Under the pieces are notes generated by a model. It worked only from the letters and a program-made list of their open reading frames with translations, had not been told where the DNA came from and ran no database searches. A stretch of 64,000 bases of DNA, taken from positions 72,320 through 136,319 of IMG/VR virus record IMGVR_UViG_2974753081_000001, one strand, 5' to 3'. The position numbers and the translations under genes are program-made. Of this stretch, positions 9,650-20,581 are shown piece after piece; the first letter of the stretch is position 1, and the number at the start of each line of letters is the position of its first letter. Origin of the DNA: a virus. Lineage: Duplodnaviria > Caudoviricetes.

Positions 9650-10087
9650 ATGGAGACCCGTACCCTGATCGAGCCGTCTGCTCAGGTCATCACCATCACC
9701 ACCCTCAAGCCCGGCGACACCTACAAGCGCCTGGTGAAGAACTACTCCGACACCTACGACCTGCGCATCGGCGTGGTCACCGACGTGTTGAACAACGGCT
9801 CCGAGGCGGTCCTCACCGCGCTGGAGTTCTCTGGCAGCTACAGCACCGCCGAGGCCGAGCTGAAGGTGTTCGGCGGCGACAAGGACCTCGCGCTGTTCGC
9901 GACGACTCCCGAGGAGGTCGGGGTTTACCTCGATGACGTGAACGAGCGGGCTCACCAGATGGCGGAGTCCAAGCGGCGCGAGCTGGAGAAGGCCGAGGCC
10001 GTCGTGCGCGCGGTTGAGGACACCCTGGCGAGGGCACGCGGTGGTCAGCTGTCGGCTCCCGTGGTCGAGCGCCAGGTCGAGAGCTGA
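9650..10087 (+). CDS. Hypothetical protein
   Basis: ATG after CCCGACCAAAGGA, coiled-coil C-terminus. Confidence 0.75.
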   Translation: METRTLIEPSAQVITITTLKPGDTYKRLVKNYSDTYDLRIGVVTDVLNNGSEAVLTALEFSGSYSTAEAELKVFGGDKDLALFATTPEEVGVYLDDVNERAHQMAESKRRELEKAEAVVRAVEDTLARARGGQLSAPVVERQVES

Positions 10088-10437
10088 TGCCCACGCCCTA
10101 CGATGCCGCCCGTGCGGAACGTGTGGCCGATCTGACGAGGCAGGGCCTGAAGGCTCACGTCATCGCCGATCGTCTCGGCATCACCGTCCGCACGGTCCGG
10201 CGGGACCGGGCTCGCACCGGGACTTCGCGCGAGGTGCCGCGTCGGCTCTCCGAGGAGCAGGTGAGTCGCGCGCTGTCGATGCTGCAGGACGGCTGCGCCT
10301 ACATCGAGGTCAGTCGCACGCTCGGCATTCCGACCAAGACGCTGCGGCAGCGGTTCCCCGGCTACGGCATGGAGTCCGGCTGGGACTGGGCGCATCAGCT
10401 GCGCGGCATCGGCAAGTACCGACAGGAGGCGTCGTGA
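10087..10437 (+). CDS. Double helix-turn-helix DNA-binding protein
   Basis: IADRLGITVRTVRR and VSRTLGIPTKTLR HTH motifs. Confidence 0.8.
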   Translation: MPTPYDAARAERVADLTRQGLKAHVIADRLGITVRTVRRDRARTGTSREVPRRLSEEQVSRALSMLQDGCAYIEVSRTLGIPTKTLRQRFPGYGMESGWDWAHQLRGIGKYRQEAS

Positions 10438-10733
10438 ACAAGGACCCGTTCGAGAACCACCACGAGATCGAGGTGCGCGTGGCGCTGAAGGGCGAGAAGT
10501 CGGCCATGCTCTCTTCGCGGCAGCTCATCTATGCCTCGGTGGAGGTCTCCGACATCGAGCTGATCCAGCGGTTCACCTACGTGCTCTCCCAGATGACCAT
10601 CGAGGTGGAGAACGCGCTGCGAGCCAAGATCGGACTGCCCTCGCTGTCGCAGGCGGAGCGGATGGAGTACGAGCGGCAAGCCTACGAGCGCACGGCACAG
10701 CTCCAGCGCCTGCGGGGCAGGGGGATGGTCTGA
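10434..10733 (+). CDS. Hypothetical protein
   Basis: GTGA overlap start with GGAGG RBS. Confidence 0.65.
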   Translation: MNKDPFENHHEIEVRVALKGEKSAMLSSRQLIYASVEVSDIELIQRFTYVLSQMTIEVENALRAKIGLPSLSQAERMEYERQAYERTAQLQRLRGRGMV

Positions 10734-11114
10734 TGGCGCTCGGCGAGATGCCTCGCACTCCAGTGTGGATGGCGGTCCACACCCATCGGTCCGGTCGGAC
10801 GACGGTCTCGGTGGGGTACTCCAAGGCGACCGAGGTCGATGTGCAGTACGCGCCGTGGTGGCCCAACGAGGTCAGCCGGACGCTGTACAACTACGAGGAC
10901 GGCTTGCCTGTCCCGCAGATGGGATGGGGGCGCGAGTGAGGCTGCATCGGATCAAGGTAAGACGACCGAGCATCTATCCGCCGGTCTGGATCAACCACGG
11001 CCCCGGCATCGTCCGGCTGGACGAGGCGAACTGGCGCACCTTCAACGGCATCGGGTGGAAGTGGGGCACCTACACCTACTGGCTGTCCATTCGGTCTGAG
11101 GACGGGGTGCTCTG

Positions 11115-11366
11115 ATGGACCCGGTCCTGTTCCTGCTGCTCTACGGTCTCGGCGTGCTTGTCGAGGCGCTGTACCTGTACTGGCCGCTGCTGTTCGGCTC
11201 GAAAGAAAATCGCGAATCTACTCGCTTGGACTACGAGTCGGTCGCCCACTCCGACGACTGGGTGCTCATCCACGCGGTCATCTGGCTGACCTCGGTCACG
11301 TTCCCGGTGATCTGGGCGGTGACTTTGGTCGTATTCGCCAAGCGAGTCCTGAAAGGGAAGCCATGA
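11115..11366 (+). CDS. Small membrane protein
   Basis: Two hydrophobic segments. Confidence 0.65.
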   Translation: MDPVLFLLLYGLGVLVEALYLYWPLLFGSKENRESTRLDYESVAHSDDWVLIHAVIWLTSVTFPVIWAVTLVVFAKRVLKGKP

Positions 11367-11391
11367 ACCAGTCATCCGAGGGGATGGATCA

Positions 11392-12243
11392 ATGACGACG
11401 ACAGATCAACTGAGGGCCGCGAGGGCGGTCCTGGAGGCGGCGGGCTACGTCGTTCTCAAGAAAAAATCTTACGACGACATCCAGCGCAAGCGTCAGCGAG
11501 CCGAGACGCTGCTGGCGGCTGAGAGGGATCACCAGAAGAGCCTCTACGCCTGGATGAGCCAGCACTTCGAGGAGGAGCGTCGGCTGCGGGAGCGGCTGGT
11601 GTTCGTCTACGGCGTGGCGCGGGCTCACGGGGCACCGGTCGCGGAGCTGCACTCCCCCGAGGGAGCGATCCAGCAGGCTGAGGACGCCAACGGCGGCATC
11701 ATCACCGAGATCACCATCTCCGATCTCATCATCAGGAGCCTCAGCGCGGCGGTCTACGAGGACTACGTCGATGAGGAGACGGGCGACGAGCTGTGCCGGG
11801 TGGTGCCGGGCACCGAGGACTTCGGTCTGGTGGAGCTGTTCGTCCCCGTGGAGAGTATGGGCCTGATCTCTTTCAACAAGCCGGTCGACCTGACGGTGAA
11901 GGTGGCCCAGCCCGAGTCTCGTGACATCCGGAAGGTGGAGGCCCCTGAGGCCACTTTCGACTACGGGGATGTGGAGGTCGGCACGGGAGCGCCGGACCCC
12001 AACGTCGACTTCAACGTGACCGTCACCGAGCCGGAGCAGGCAGCTGAGTATCCCGGCGTGGCCTCCAAGGACATCACGAAGATGGAGTCACCGGCCTATC
12101 ACCCCGAGCCCCAGCCCTGCACCCCGGAGCACGAGGACGAGCAGAAGGCTGACCCCGTGGCCCAGGAGACGTCGATGTTCGAGTTCGATGACATCCGTTT
12201 CGATGATGACGACGACTTCGAGAAGGAGGCCAGTGATGACTGA
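11392..12243 (+). CDS. Hypothetical protein, acidic C-terminus
   Basis: 283-aa ORF. Confidence 0.7.
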   Translation: MTTTDQLRAARAVLEAAGYVVLKKKSYDDIQRKRQRAETLLAAERDHQKSLYAWMSQHFEEERRLRERLVFVYGVARAHGAPVAELHSPEGAIQQAEDANGGIITEITISDLIIRSLSAAVYEDYVDEETGDELCRVVPGTEDFGLVELFVPVESMGLISFNKPVDLTVKVAQPESRDIRKVEAPEATFDYGDVEVGTGAPDPNVDFNVTVTEPEQAAEYPGVASKDITKMESPAYHPEPQPCTPEHEDEQKADPVAQETSMFEFDDIRFDDDDDFEKEASDD

Positions 12244-12819
12244 GGTGACGCGGTTCGAGGTCGGGCAGACGGTCCTCACCCCCATCGGCAGGAGAGCGAC
12301 GATCGTGCGTGGGCCGTATCGCAAGTACGGCGAGGACTGCTACGACATCGTCCAGCCCACCGATCTCGGGGAGCCTGCCCGCTACACCCATCGCTACTTC
12401 GCCCGTCAGCTCAGGGCGGCAGGAGACGACGGATGAATATGCTGCGCCTGAATCTGCCGAAGGGGAAGTGGAACAACCCAGATATTCCGGAACGCGCCCT
12501 GCTGGTATCCCCTGGCTCCATCGTGGCCCTGGAAACGCTCAACCCTGATGTGACGGTGGTCCATGTGCAGGGGTATCGGTGGACGGTAATGCACTCGGTG
12601 GCTGCGATAGAGGCGATGCTCCAGGAGGCAGAGAAGTACGAACTGTACTCCCAGATCACCCGAGAACACCCCCTGAAGTAAAAAACCGACATCGAGGAAG
12701 TGTTGACACTACGTCTGCCCAGTCGGCCACTGTCCTTCGCACGCTGGGTGACCAGCGTAGTGTTAACACGAACCCCGACAGATTCTCTCGACAAATTATT
12801 GACAAGGACGTGACAAGCA

Positions 12820-13308
12820 ATGCAGCACCCTAATCTCGGTGAACAGGCGTTTCTCGGGCGAAATCAGAACTCTGTGCCCGATTTGAGTCGTCTCGGCTCT
12901 GCGGCCTCAGACGTCAATCCGATCACTGGTCATGACCCAGGGCAGCTGACTCCTACCGAGCGCAATCTGTGTGAGGCGGCGGCGATGCAGCTGAACCAGC
13001 GATGGATGCACAAGACCTACGATCCGGACTCCCCGGACTCGGTCTGGGACCAGTTCGCCAACGAGGCTCGCAACCAGTTCGCTGAGATCGGGTTCGTCAT
13101 CGACATCATGTGGTCGGAGATTCAGGCGGACGGCCTGCCCGGCACTGCGGCCATCCCTCAGATCACGGTGATCGGACGGACTGACCGGCACGAGACCGAC
13201 CATGAACGTATTCAGCACGAGGTGCGCAAGGGCCTGCTGGACGGCAAGGAGGGTGTCATCCGGGAGGACGGCACGTGGGCCGAGTCGGCGAAGCGGACGC
13301 AGCTATGA
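12820..13308 (+). CDS. Hypothetical protein
   Basis: 162-aa ORF with AAGGA RBS, downstream of paired GTAGTGTYRACA sites. Confidence 0.7.
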   Translation: MQHPNLGEQAFLGRNQNSVPDLSRLGSAASDVNPITGHDPGQLTPTERNLCEAAAMQLNQRWMHKTYDPDSPDSVWDQFANEARNQFAEIGFVIDIMWSEIQADGLPGTAAIPQITVIGRTDRHETDHERIQHEVRKGLLDGKEGVIREDGTWAESAKRTQL

Positions 13309-13502
13309 GCGTTCGTCGTCGTCAGATGAGGCACTGGCCCTACGTCCACCGCACGTGGTCCTGGGGCAGGGTCTACCGCGTCCTCAACGTCTCCGCGACG
13401 CCCCGACGGGTGACCTGGATGTTGCACTGTTCGTGGGATCGCAGGATCAACGCTCTGCGGTTCTCTGTGATGGAAGTGGCTCGATAGGAAGACCGACGAG
13501 CA

Positions 13503-13528
13503 GTAACGATTCCCGACCAAGGAGCGAT
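13503..13528 (+). promoter_or_regulatory. SigD-like promoter
   Basis: GTAACG-N17-GAT(GTAC). Confidence 0.7.
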
Positions 13529-13734
13529 GTACATCCCATGAGCGATCAAATGCACACCAAGGCGTGGTTCACCGGAGCTGCCACGGGTAGCGCGGATAAC
13601 GCCGATGACGAGTGGCGGGACTTCAGGCTCGACGGCGAGCGCGCTATCGAGGTGTCGTTTCTGGTGCCCGATTCGGCCATCGATGGGGTCCGCAAGCTGC
13701 TGAACGAGCGCGGCACGCTCACCTTCGCCAAGGC

Positions 13735-13760
13735 GTAACGGAGCGAGGGCTCCGAGCGAT
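13735..13760 (+). promoter_or_regulatory. SigD-like promoter
   Basis: GTAACG-N17-GAT(GTAC); TAA is the upstream stop. Confidence 0.7.
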
Positions 13761-14490
13761 GTACCCAGTAGGTCGAACTCGCGGTAACGATCTGGGAGAG
13801 CGTGCTAGGCGAGTATTGGGCACGCTTGCGGTCAACCTCTCCCGGATGACCTACACATAATTTTTCCTGAGGAGGATCATGACCGTCCCAGACAACGAGC
13901 TGATCGACCGGCTGCGCAAGCGGTACACCGTCGCTACGCCTCCGCCCTGCTCGGTCTGTGGCGCAGAGCTGCGGATCAGTTCGATGGGTGGCGGTCGGCA
14001 GACGTGGGCGTGCTCCACGACGCTCAGCAACGTCTCGGACGGTGGGCTGAAGCACTACGCCCAGAGCCAGTGGACGTGTGTGGTCGGCGACCCGGACGTC
14101 ATCGAGCTGATCTCTCGCTACCAGGCGTCGGCGTCGTGAGTAGCGGACAGCTGCCTCGGTGGCCGCAGTTTTTTCCGAAGATGAAGGTGCGAGGCAAGGG
14201 GCGTCTCCCTCGGACCCGCGTTGTCATATCTGGCGAGCTAATGGCGATCTATGACGAGGCTCTCCGGCTTGTTCGGGACATCAACATCGAGTGTTTCGGA
14301 GTGGACCACGTCGAGATCGCTCCGAAGTACGAGGGCCTGTATCAGCACGCCGATTACCGATACGAAAGGCATCAGGTGGTGGTGTCCCCCTCGCTGCCCG
14401 TAGGCCACAGCATCGCTCTGCCATTCTGTCTCGACTGCGGCGGTGAGAGCTGCCAGGTCTATCACTCCAACCCCTCTGAAGGAGACTCCG

Positions 14491-14718
14491 ATGGCACGGC
14501 CACTGGATAAGCCCCCGGTCCGGCCCAACGTCATCCTCGAAGAGGAGACGGCGCAGATGCTGTACGACATCTGCAAGGCGCGCGGCGACACGGTGACCAC
14601 CACGGTGCGCCGGGCGATCCGTCTGCTGCACGCCATCGAGAAAGAAAATCGGGAGGGCAACCAGCTCGCCATCGAGGCTCCCGATGGACGCATCATCGGA
14701 AAGGTAGTGGTGCTGTGA
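14491..14718 (+). CDS. Ribbon-helix-helix DNA-binding protein
   Basis: RPNVILEEETAQMLYDICKARGDTVTTTVRRAI pattern; AAGGAG RBS. Confidence 0.65.
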   Translation: MARPLDKPPVRPNVILEEETAQMLYDICKARGDTVTTTVRRAIRLLHAIEKENREGNQLAIEAPDGRIIGKVVVL

Positions 14719-15468
14719 CCGAGGCACACCGGTTCACCGTTCGTCGGCAGGACGGGATCAACCCGCCCCCGAACACTCCCTGCGCTGTCTGCGGGCTCAC
14801 CCGTGCTGCCCACGACGACCCGAACAACGGTCCGCTCAACGTGCGCGATGCTTACCGTGAGCTGCAGGTGGCCCGGACGCTCGCACGCATCCTCTATCAG
14901 CTCGACGCCGCCCCCGGCTCTGCCGAGTGGGACTACGCCCTGGAGCCGGTACGTGACACGTATCTGCGGCGCGCTCGCGCTGTCGTCCGGCACCCCGAGA
15001 TCAAGGTGGACTTCCCGTGACGATGGCCGACGGCTTCGAGGCGATGGGTGACGAGGTCAGACGGCCCCGTCCGCTGAAGGTCTATGCGTTGTGGAGGCAG
15101 GCGCGCGAGACGCTCGACATCCCCGGCGTCTCCCCTACGCTGCTGGCCCTGTTCGCCAGCGAGGACTCAGCGCAGGATAAGTGCCGTGCGTACAACAAGC
15201 GCCTGCGCTTCACGGCGCACTGGGTGACTGTGATCGAGGTGGAGCAGTGATCGGCGCGGGTACGAGATTTTTTGTCGGCATCGCAGACAAGGTGCTGCGG
15301 CGGCGCACCCCCGAACGGGACGTCGATCGGTTCCTGGAGGAGCTGAGCGCCAGGCCGCGCACCATCGCGTGCAACTACTGCCCCTCCCCGTTCGAGTGGA
15401 ATGGTGGAGCGCAATGATCCGAAGCTGCGGCAGCTGCTGGTCGAGCACCTGAAGGACTTCCATGAGGA

Positions 15469-15903
15469 GTGGTACCGGTGAAGGCGTTCATTGTGGTCGA
15501 CCCCTGCCAGGACTACGACGAAATCCCCCACAACGTCGCTGTGCTCCCCACCCTCGACGAGGCGATGGGTGCGTTGCCCGAGCTGAGACACCTGCTGGAC
15601 ACGGTGCGCGGTCGCAACGGCTACCACAACCAGCCCGCCAACGAGCTGTGCCTGGACATCCAGGAGTGGGACGGCGTGCGGCATGTCTGCACCACCTCGG
15701 TCTACGACGACGGGCGCGTCAAGAACGTCGAGGTCCATCTCACCGACGGCGAGCAGCGTGCGCTCATGGAGGAGCACAGGCGCATTGCTGATGAGATGGC
15801 CGAGGCGCGTAAGAGGTCGGCGCGGTCGGAACTTCCTCACCTGAAGTCCGGTGAGAGTGCGGTGCGGGGGTTGGGGAGGATCGGCGGGGAGGCTGAGAAA
15901 TGA
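15469..15903 (+). CDS. Hypothetical protein
   Basis: ORF with GAGGAG RBS in dense small-gene array. Confidence 0.6.
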   Translation: MVPVKAFIVVDPCQDYDEIPHNVAVLPTLDEAMGALPELRHLLDTVRGRNGYHNQPANELCLDIQEWDGVRHVCTTSVYDDGRVKNVEVHLTDGEQRALMEEHRRIADEMAEARKRSARSELPHLKSGESAVRGLGRIGGEAEK

Positions 15904-16741
15904 GGGATGGTCTGAGGGTCCTAGCGGTCATCGTGCCGATCTGGATACTGATGTTCGTCACGGTCGTCCTCATCGTTATGTACGCGGAGCCAGCATGTGG
16001 GTGAAGAAGGCCCCCGAGGCTCCGGCGCACGCCTGCGACAAGCCGATGGCCCGGCTGATGGTCCGGCCTCCGCGCACCAACGGTCGCGGCGAGGTCGTCA
16101 TGCCGGTGCGACCCAAGGTCCCCGTCGGCCCGCCTATCCCCGACGGGAAGGTCGGCGACGTCTGGCTCTGCGACGAGTGCCTGACGGTCTGGAAGGTTGG
16201 GCAGGAGATCGGCCCTCGGACCTACCCGTACACGCCCGGCGCGCTCCGGCCCGTGTGGCGACGTGCCGGTTGGTGGACGACCCGCAAGGCCCGACGGGCG
16301 GTGGGGACAGCATGACTTTCGACCGGTACGCACCGGCCTGGGTGACCGATGACATCGCGCACGTGGGTTCCTGGAAGGTCATCGACCTACGAACGGGTGA
16401 GGCCGTGCGGAACTACAAGGGTTCGGTGCGGCTGGGCGGCATCGACACCGCCAAGAACCTGGCGGACGCACTGAACCGGGGCGACATCGAGCCGAAGTTC
16501 GGCACCGAGACGATTGTGGAGGAAGAGCAGTGAAGGAAACGATGGAGCGCCTCCAGGCGGGGCTGCGAGCGAAGGGGATCGAGTTCCCGTTCGTCAAGAT
16601 CGGCATGACCGACTTCGGCATCAGCGTCATCGCCTACACCGACGACGACGAGGGCGACGTGGTGGCCTGCCGCTCCCGACAGAACGTAGGGGTCGAGGCT
16701 CTGGCCGAGCTGATGTCCGAGCTGGCTGATGAGGTCGAGGC

Positions 16742-17077
16742 ATGAGGCTGTCGGAGGCCAAGGGGTTCAACCTCAGCTCGACCCAGGACGAGTGGTACAT
16801 GCACGTGGTCGAGGAGCAGGACCCGATCGAGCTGGAGGACGGCGCGATGATCCCCTGCCGCCGGACGATGGTGTTCGGCCCCTTCACCAAGGAGGAGATG
16901 AAGTCCTCGGCTCGGCTGGCCGTCTCCGACCACCTGACTCACGTCGAGGGTGTCCACTGGGAGCGCACCAAGGTCCACACGACGATCGGCCCGGCCCCGG
17001 AGACGATGGTCTCGGTCCGGGAGACGATGGCTCGCTATCGCGACCGCCACCGACACGACCACGACGGGATGTACTGA
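16742..17077 (+). CDS. Hypothetical protein
   Basis: ATGA-coupled ORF. Confidence 0.6.
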   Translation: MRLSEAKGFNLSSTQDEWYMHVVEEQDPIELEDGAMIPCRRTMVFGPFTKEEMKSSARLAVSDHLTHVEGVHWERTKVHTTIGPAPETMVSVRETMARYRDRHRHDHDGMY

Positions 17078-17205
17078 GATGCGGCGCTTTTGTGCTCTGG
17101 CAAGGTATTACTTCAATCAGTTCCGCGACAACCCGCTCACCACGTTCGCCGACAAGCCGGGCGAGCCGGACCGGGACCACAACTCCGTTACCGGGCGAGG
17201 GCTCA

Positions 17206-17231
17206 GTAACGAAACGCCGAGGGGCACCGAT
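17206..17231 (+). promoter_or_regulatory. SigD-like promoter
   Basis: GTAACG-N17-GAT(AC). Confidence 0.7.
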
Positions 17232-18084
17232 ACACCACCGAATGACGATTCACCTGCCTGAGGAGGCACCCCATGTTCATCCCGCTCAAGCGAGCGCATG
17301 TCACTTACGACGACGGCATCCACGTCCAGAGCAACATGCCCTTCATCGACTTCGGCCCCGTCACCATCGGTAGCGAGGTCTACTGGTCCGGTCGTCGCGC
17401 CGCCCAGTCCCCGGAGCGCACGTTCATCAATTCCCGTCACGTCCACGTCGTCAGGGAGGTGTCGGAATGATGAGGCGCACGCTGTCTCGGGTCCGTGAGT
17501 ACTTCGGCTTCACCTCTGCCCGTGAGCAGGCGGCGGCGACCTATGGCCGTCACGCTGCCGGTCCGTTCACGCCTCCGTTCCACGCGGTGTGGGGGTACGG
17601 CCCCGTCAATCCGTTCTCGGGTGGTCGTCACCGTCCTGAGAACATCCCGTGGTGGGCAGGCATCCTGAGTGACGACGAGGTGCGTCCGTCTGCTGTGTCT
17701 CAGCTGGCGGCGTCATGAAGGTCTACTACCGGTTCTCCGTACCGCCGGATGCGCTCTCCCCTCCGCTGGAGGTCGATGCCGAGCGCGTGCCTCGGGTCGG
17801 CGATCAGATCGAGTTCGACCTGGACACCTACGACGTCCACTCGGTCACGTGGGCCGACCTGGAGCTGACCTCGGCGACGGTGGTGCTGCGATGAGCGAGC
17901 GCAACATCACGACGCTGTCGATCCGCACCCGGCATCCCGAGGACTATGTGCTCATCAACGAGGCCGACGGCACTCGCTGGCGCGGGAGCGAAGACATGGG
18001 CTGGCTGCGCGACGACATCGAGGACGACCGCCTCTGCGGCTGCGGTGCGCGTGGCGATCACGACGAGACTCACGAGGATGCGCA

Positions 18085-18501
18085 GTGACTGAACCTCGAT
18101 ACATCTGGCTCGGCTATGAGGCGGAGTCTGTCGACGGCATGGCTCCGGCCAGCCTGAAGGTCGCTTTCGATGACGCGGACGTCGCGTCGGCGTGGAAGAC
18201 CGATGTGCCTCGTGCTCCCTACCAGTCGAAGTCGCTTCAGCGAATCGAAATTTCTTCCCCCACGACCGATGCCGAGTTCGCGCGCGCCCGCCTGAAAATC
18301 GCGCGCGAGGTCGTGGCCGAGTGGATGACGCACCACGGCAAGACGGCGGTCCGGCTCTTCGATCTGGACGTCGAGATCGACAACCTGGATGTGGACGAGC
18401 GGGCTCGGCAGATCATGGCCGAGTGCGGGCTGGACCACTCGGCACTGCCCGCCATCAAGGGGACGCTGCGCACTCTGAAGGAATGGGGAGACATCTCATG
18501 A
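18085..18501 (+). CDS. Hypothetical protein
   Basis: GTGA-coupled ORF. Confidence 0.6.
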   Translation: MTEPRYIWLGYEAESVDGMAPASLKVAFDDADVASAWKTDVPRAPYQSKSLQRIEISSPTTDAEFARARLKIAREVVAEWMTHHGKTAVRLFDLDVEIDNLDVDERARQIMAECGLDHSALPAIKGTLRTLKEWGDIS

Positions 18502-19025
18502 GCCTCTGCGGCGAAGAGTGGACCACGAGACGCGGCGGACATACCGAGCGCCTGGGGCACTCCTGCGGGGAGCCTCGGGGGCATCCCGGCATACATCGGT
18601 GCGCCCTCATCGACTGCTCGGACGTATTGTCTCTGGTGCCCAGCCCGTCGGAGTGCTTGGCGAAGGGTGGGCATCACTGGGAGACCCCGGTGCCGGGGAA
18701 ACGCAACCGTTGCTCGCGCTGCGGGACCTCTGGCCAGGTGTTCGAGCCGCAGAAGGAGCCGGAGCTACCCGACGACGATGAAGACGCGGACTTTTTCTCC
18801 GAGGCGCATTGCTCCGAGTCGAAGGGGTGGTGGGAGGCGCAGGCCGCGCTGAACGCTCGGGTGCTTGCTCCAGGCGTCGGTCCGGTGTTCGTGCTGCGGG
18901 CCACCGACCCACGCAGCGTGCGCGCTCTGCGGGCTCTGGCCGACTCCTACAGCGAGCACAACCCTCTGCTCGCCTCTGAGATCGATGCGTTCGCGGACGG
19001 ATGGGCTCGGCGTCATGAGTACTGA
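18498..19025 (+). CDS. Cys/His-rich hypothetical protein
   Basis: Several C/H clusters (C..H.G.H, C..GH.W...CSRCG). Confidence 0.6.
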   Translation: MSLCGEEWTTRRGGHTERLGHSCGEPRGHPGIHRCALIDCSDVLSLVPSPSECLAKGGHHWETPVPGKRNRCSRCGTSGQVFEPQKEPELPDDDEDADFFSEAHCSESKGWWEAQAALNARVLAPGVGPVFVLRATDPRSVRALRALADSYSEHNPLLASEIDAFADGWARRHEY

Positions 19026-19377
19026 GCCAAGGACCTGGCACATGAACGACCTGAACAGCTGGGGTCGCAACGTCTACTTCAGCAAGCCGCTGGAGTCGAT
19101 CACCGAGGCCGCTGAGAAGGGCGTCGGCACCGCTCCGAAGGGGCGGCTCTGCGGCTGGCTGACTCCCCGGCCCCGCGTGGGTGACCTGTTCACCTGCGAC
19201 ATGAAGTCGGGGCGCGTGGCTGTGCTGCGGGTGACGAAGATGGACACCTACGTCGACCCGCCGGACATGTTCTACGCCGACGTCGTGTTCGACGGCTATG
19301 CCGACCAGGAGGAGCAGAAGTCCCGCATCGCCTCGGCGGAGAAGCCAAGGCACCGACCGTGGTGGATGAACGCATGA
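19015..19377 (+). CDS. Hypothetical protein
   Basis: Overlapping ORF in coupled array. Confidence 0.6.
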   Translation: MSTEPRTWHMNDLNSWGRNVYFSKPLESITEAAEKGVGTAPKGRLCGWLTPRPRVGDLFTCDMKSGRVAVLRVTKMDTYVDPPDMFYADVVFDGYADQEEQKSRIASAEKPRHRPWWMNA

Positions 19378-19706
19378 CGTCGTATCTGAAGCTCTCCGAG
19401 CGTCCGGGCCTTAGCTTCACCGCGCCCGAGTGCAACGCCTGCCTGAAGGAGGTCGATCACGACGGCGACGGGTGGCTGTGCCCGTCCTGCGGTACATCCT
19501 GGCCGGGAAACGTGATGGAGTCCGACGGCTCTGATGCCCAGCTGTTCGAGGAGTGGTCGGGCGAGGAGCTGCCCGGACCAACGTGCAAGACCGACGAGGC
19601 GTACCTCGCGGCGATCTCTCCGTCCGACTGGTGGAAGAGATGGCCGTCATGCGTGTACAACCAGAGTGACGATGACCACGACCAACAGAAGGACGGCAAT
19701 GGCTGA
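19374..19706 (+). CDS. Zinc-ribbon hypothetical protein
   Basis: CNAC...CPSCG. Confidence 0.6.
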   Translation: MTSYLKLSERPGLSFTAPECNACLKEVDHDGDGWLCPSCGTSWPGNVMESDGSDAQLFEEWSGEELPGPTCKTDEAYLAAISPSDWWKRWPSCVYNQSDDDHDQQKDGNG

Positions 19707-20161
19707 GATGATGGGCGGACCCCTCGACGGCAAGTTCGAGGAGCCCATTCGCTGCACGGAATGTGATCGCGGCGAGGTAATGGACATCGTGGAGACGGTC
19801 GAGGGGCCGAACGGTCAGCTCCAGGAGCACCTGTACTCCTATGACGAGCAGACCGGTCGCTGGCAATGGCTGGGACACGAGAACGTCGAAGTCTCATGAT
19901 CGCTCGCTCGGCGAGGGACTGGCTGCGCGACGCTGCTCGCTCGGTCGCCCTCGCTGCCGTGGCGCGCAAGACCCGGCGTGCTGCCGACGAGCAGTACATC
20001 CGGTCGCACGCCATCCAGTCGATCCCGGTCGACTGCCCAGAGCACGAGGACCCCATCACTGACATCGTGTGGGCCTCGGCGGGCGCTGGCCGCGATCCGA
20101 GCTGGCTGCGCGTGTACTACTACTGCGGATGCACGCTGTCGCCTGAAGGGAGAAGAGGCGA

Positions 20162-20506
20162 ATGAGGATTTACATCGCCGGGCCGGTCTCCGGTCACGCC
20201 GACTACAACCGTCCGGCCTTCGAGGAGGCCGCTCGGGTGGTCCGCGAGCACGGCCACGCCCCGGTTGTCCCCATCGACCTGGAGCCGGTCGTGCCGGGCC
20301 AGGAGAAGTCGTGGAACTACTACATGCGTCTGGCCCTGCGGGCGCTACTCGACACCGAGGCCGTGCTGGTACTGCCGGGATGGATGAACTCCCGTGGTGC
20401 CACCATCGAGCGCAGTCTCGCGCTGGAGCTGGACATGCCGGTGTATCACTCGCTCACCGAGCTGGTGGACTGCATGACCGCGTGGCGACGCGAGTTCACT
20501 GGCTGA
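20162..20506 (+). CDS. DUF4406 / nucleoside 2-deoxyribosyltransferase-like protein
   Basis: IYIAGP.SG..DYNRPAF...LPGWMNSRGATIE signature. Confidence 0.8.
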   Translation: MRIYIAGPVSGHADYNRPAFEEAARVVREHGHAPVVPIDLEPVVPGQEKSWNYYMRLALRALLDTEAVLVLPGWMNSRGATIERSLALELDMPVYHSLTELVDCMTAWRREFTG

Positions 20507-20510
20507 TTGG

Positions 20511-20528
20511 CACTACACTGGTGTAGTG
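20511..20528. promoter_or_regulatory. Extended operator-like palindrome CACTACAC-TG-GTGTAGTG
   Basis: Perfect 8-bp inverted repeat containing the TACAC-NN-GTGTA core of the SigA cassettes; intergenic. Confidence 0.6.
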
Positions 20529-20581
20529 TAAGTCCTGCGCGTAGCGCACCAACCCCGACCAATTTTTCTTAGGAGTTCCCC

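Noticed and set aside
13784-13810. Additional GTAAC sites (13784, 36603, 40857, 54091, 56844)
   Set aside because: They lack GAT at the 17-18-nt spacing
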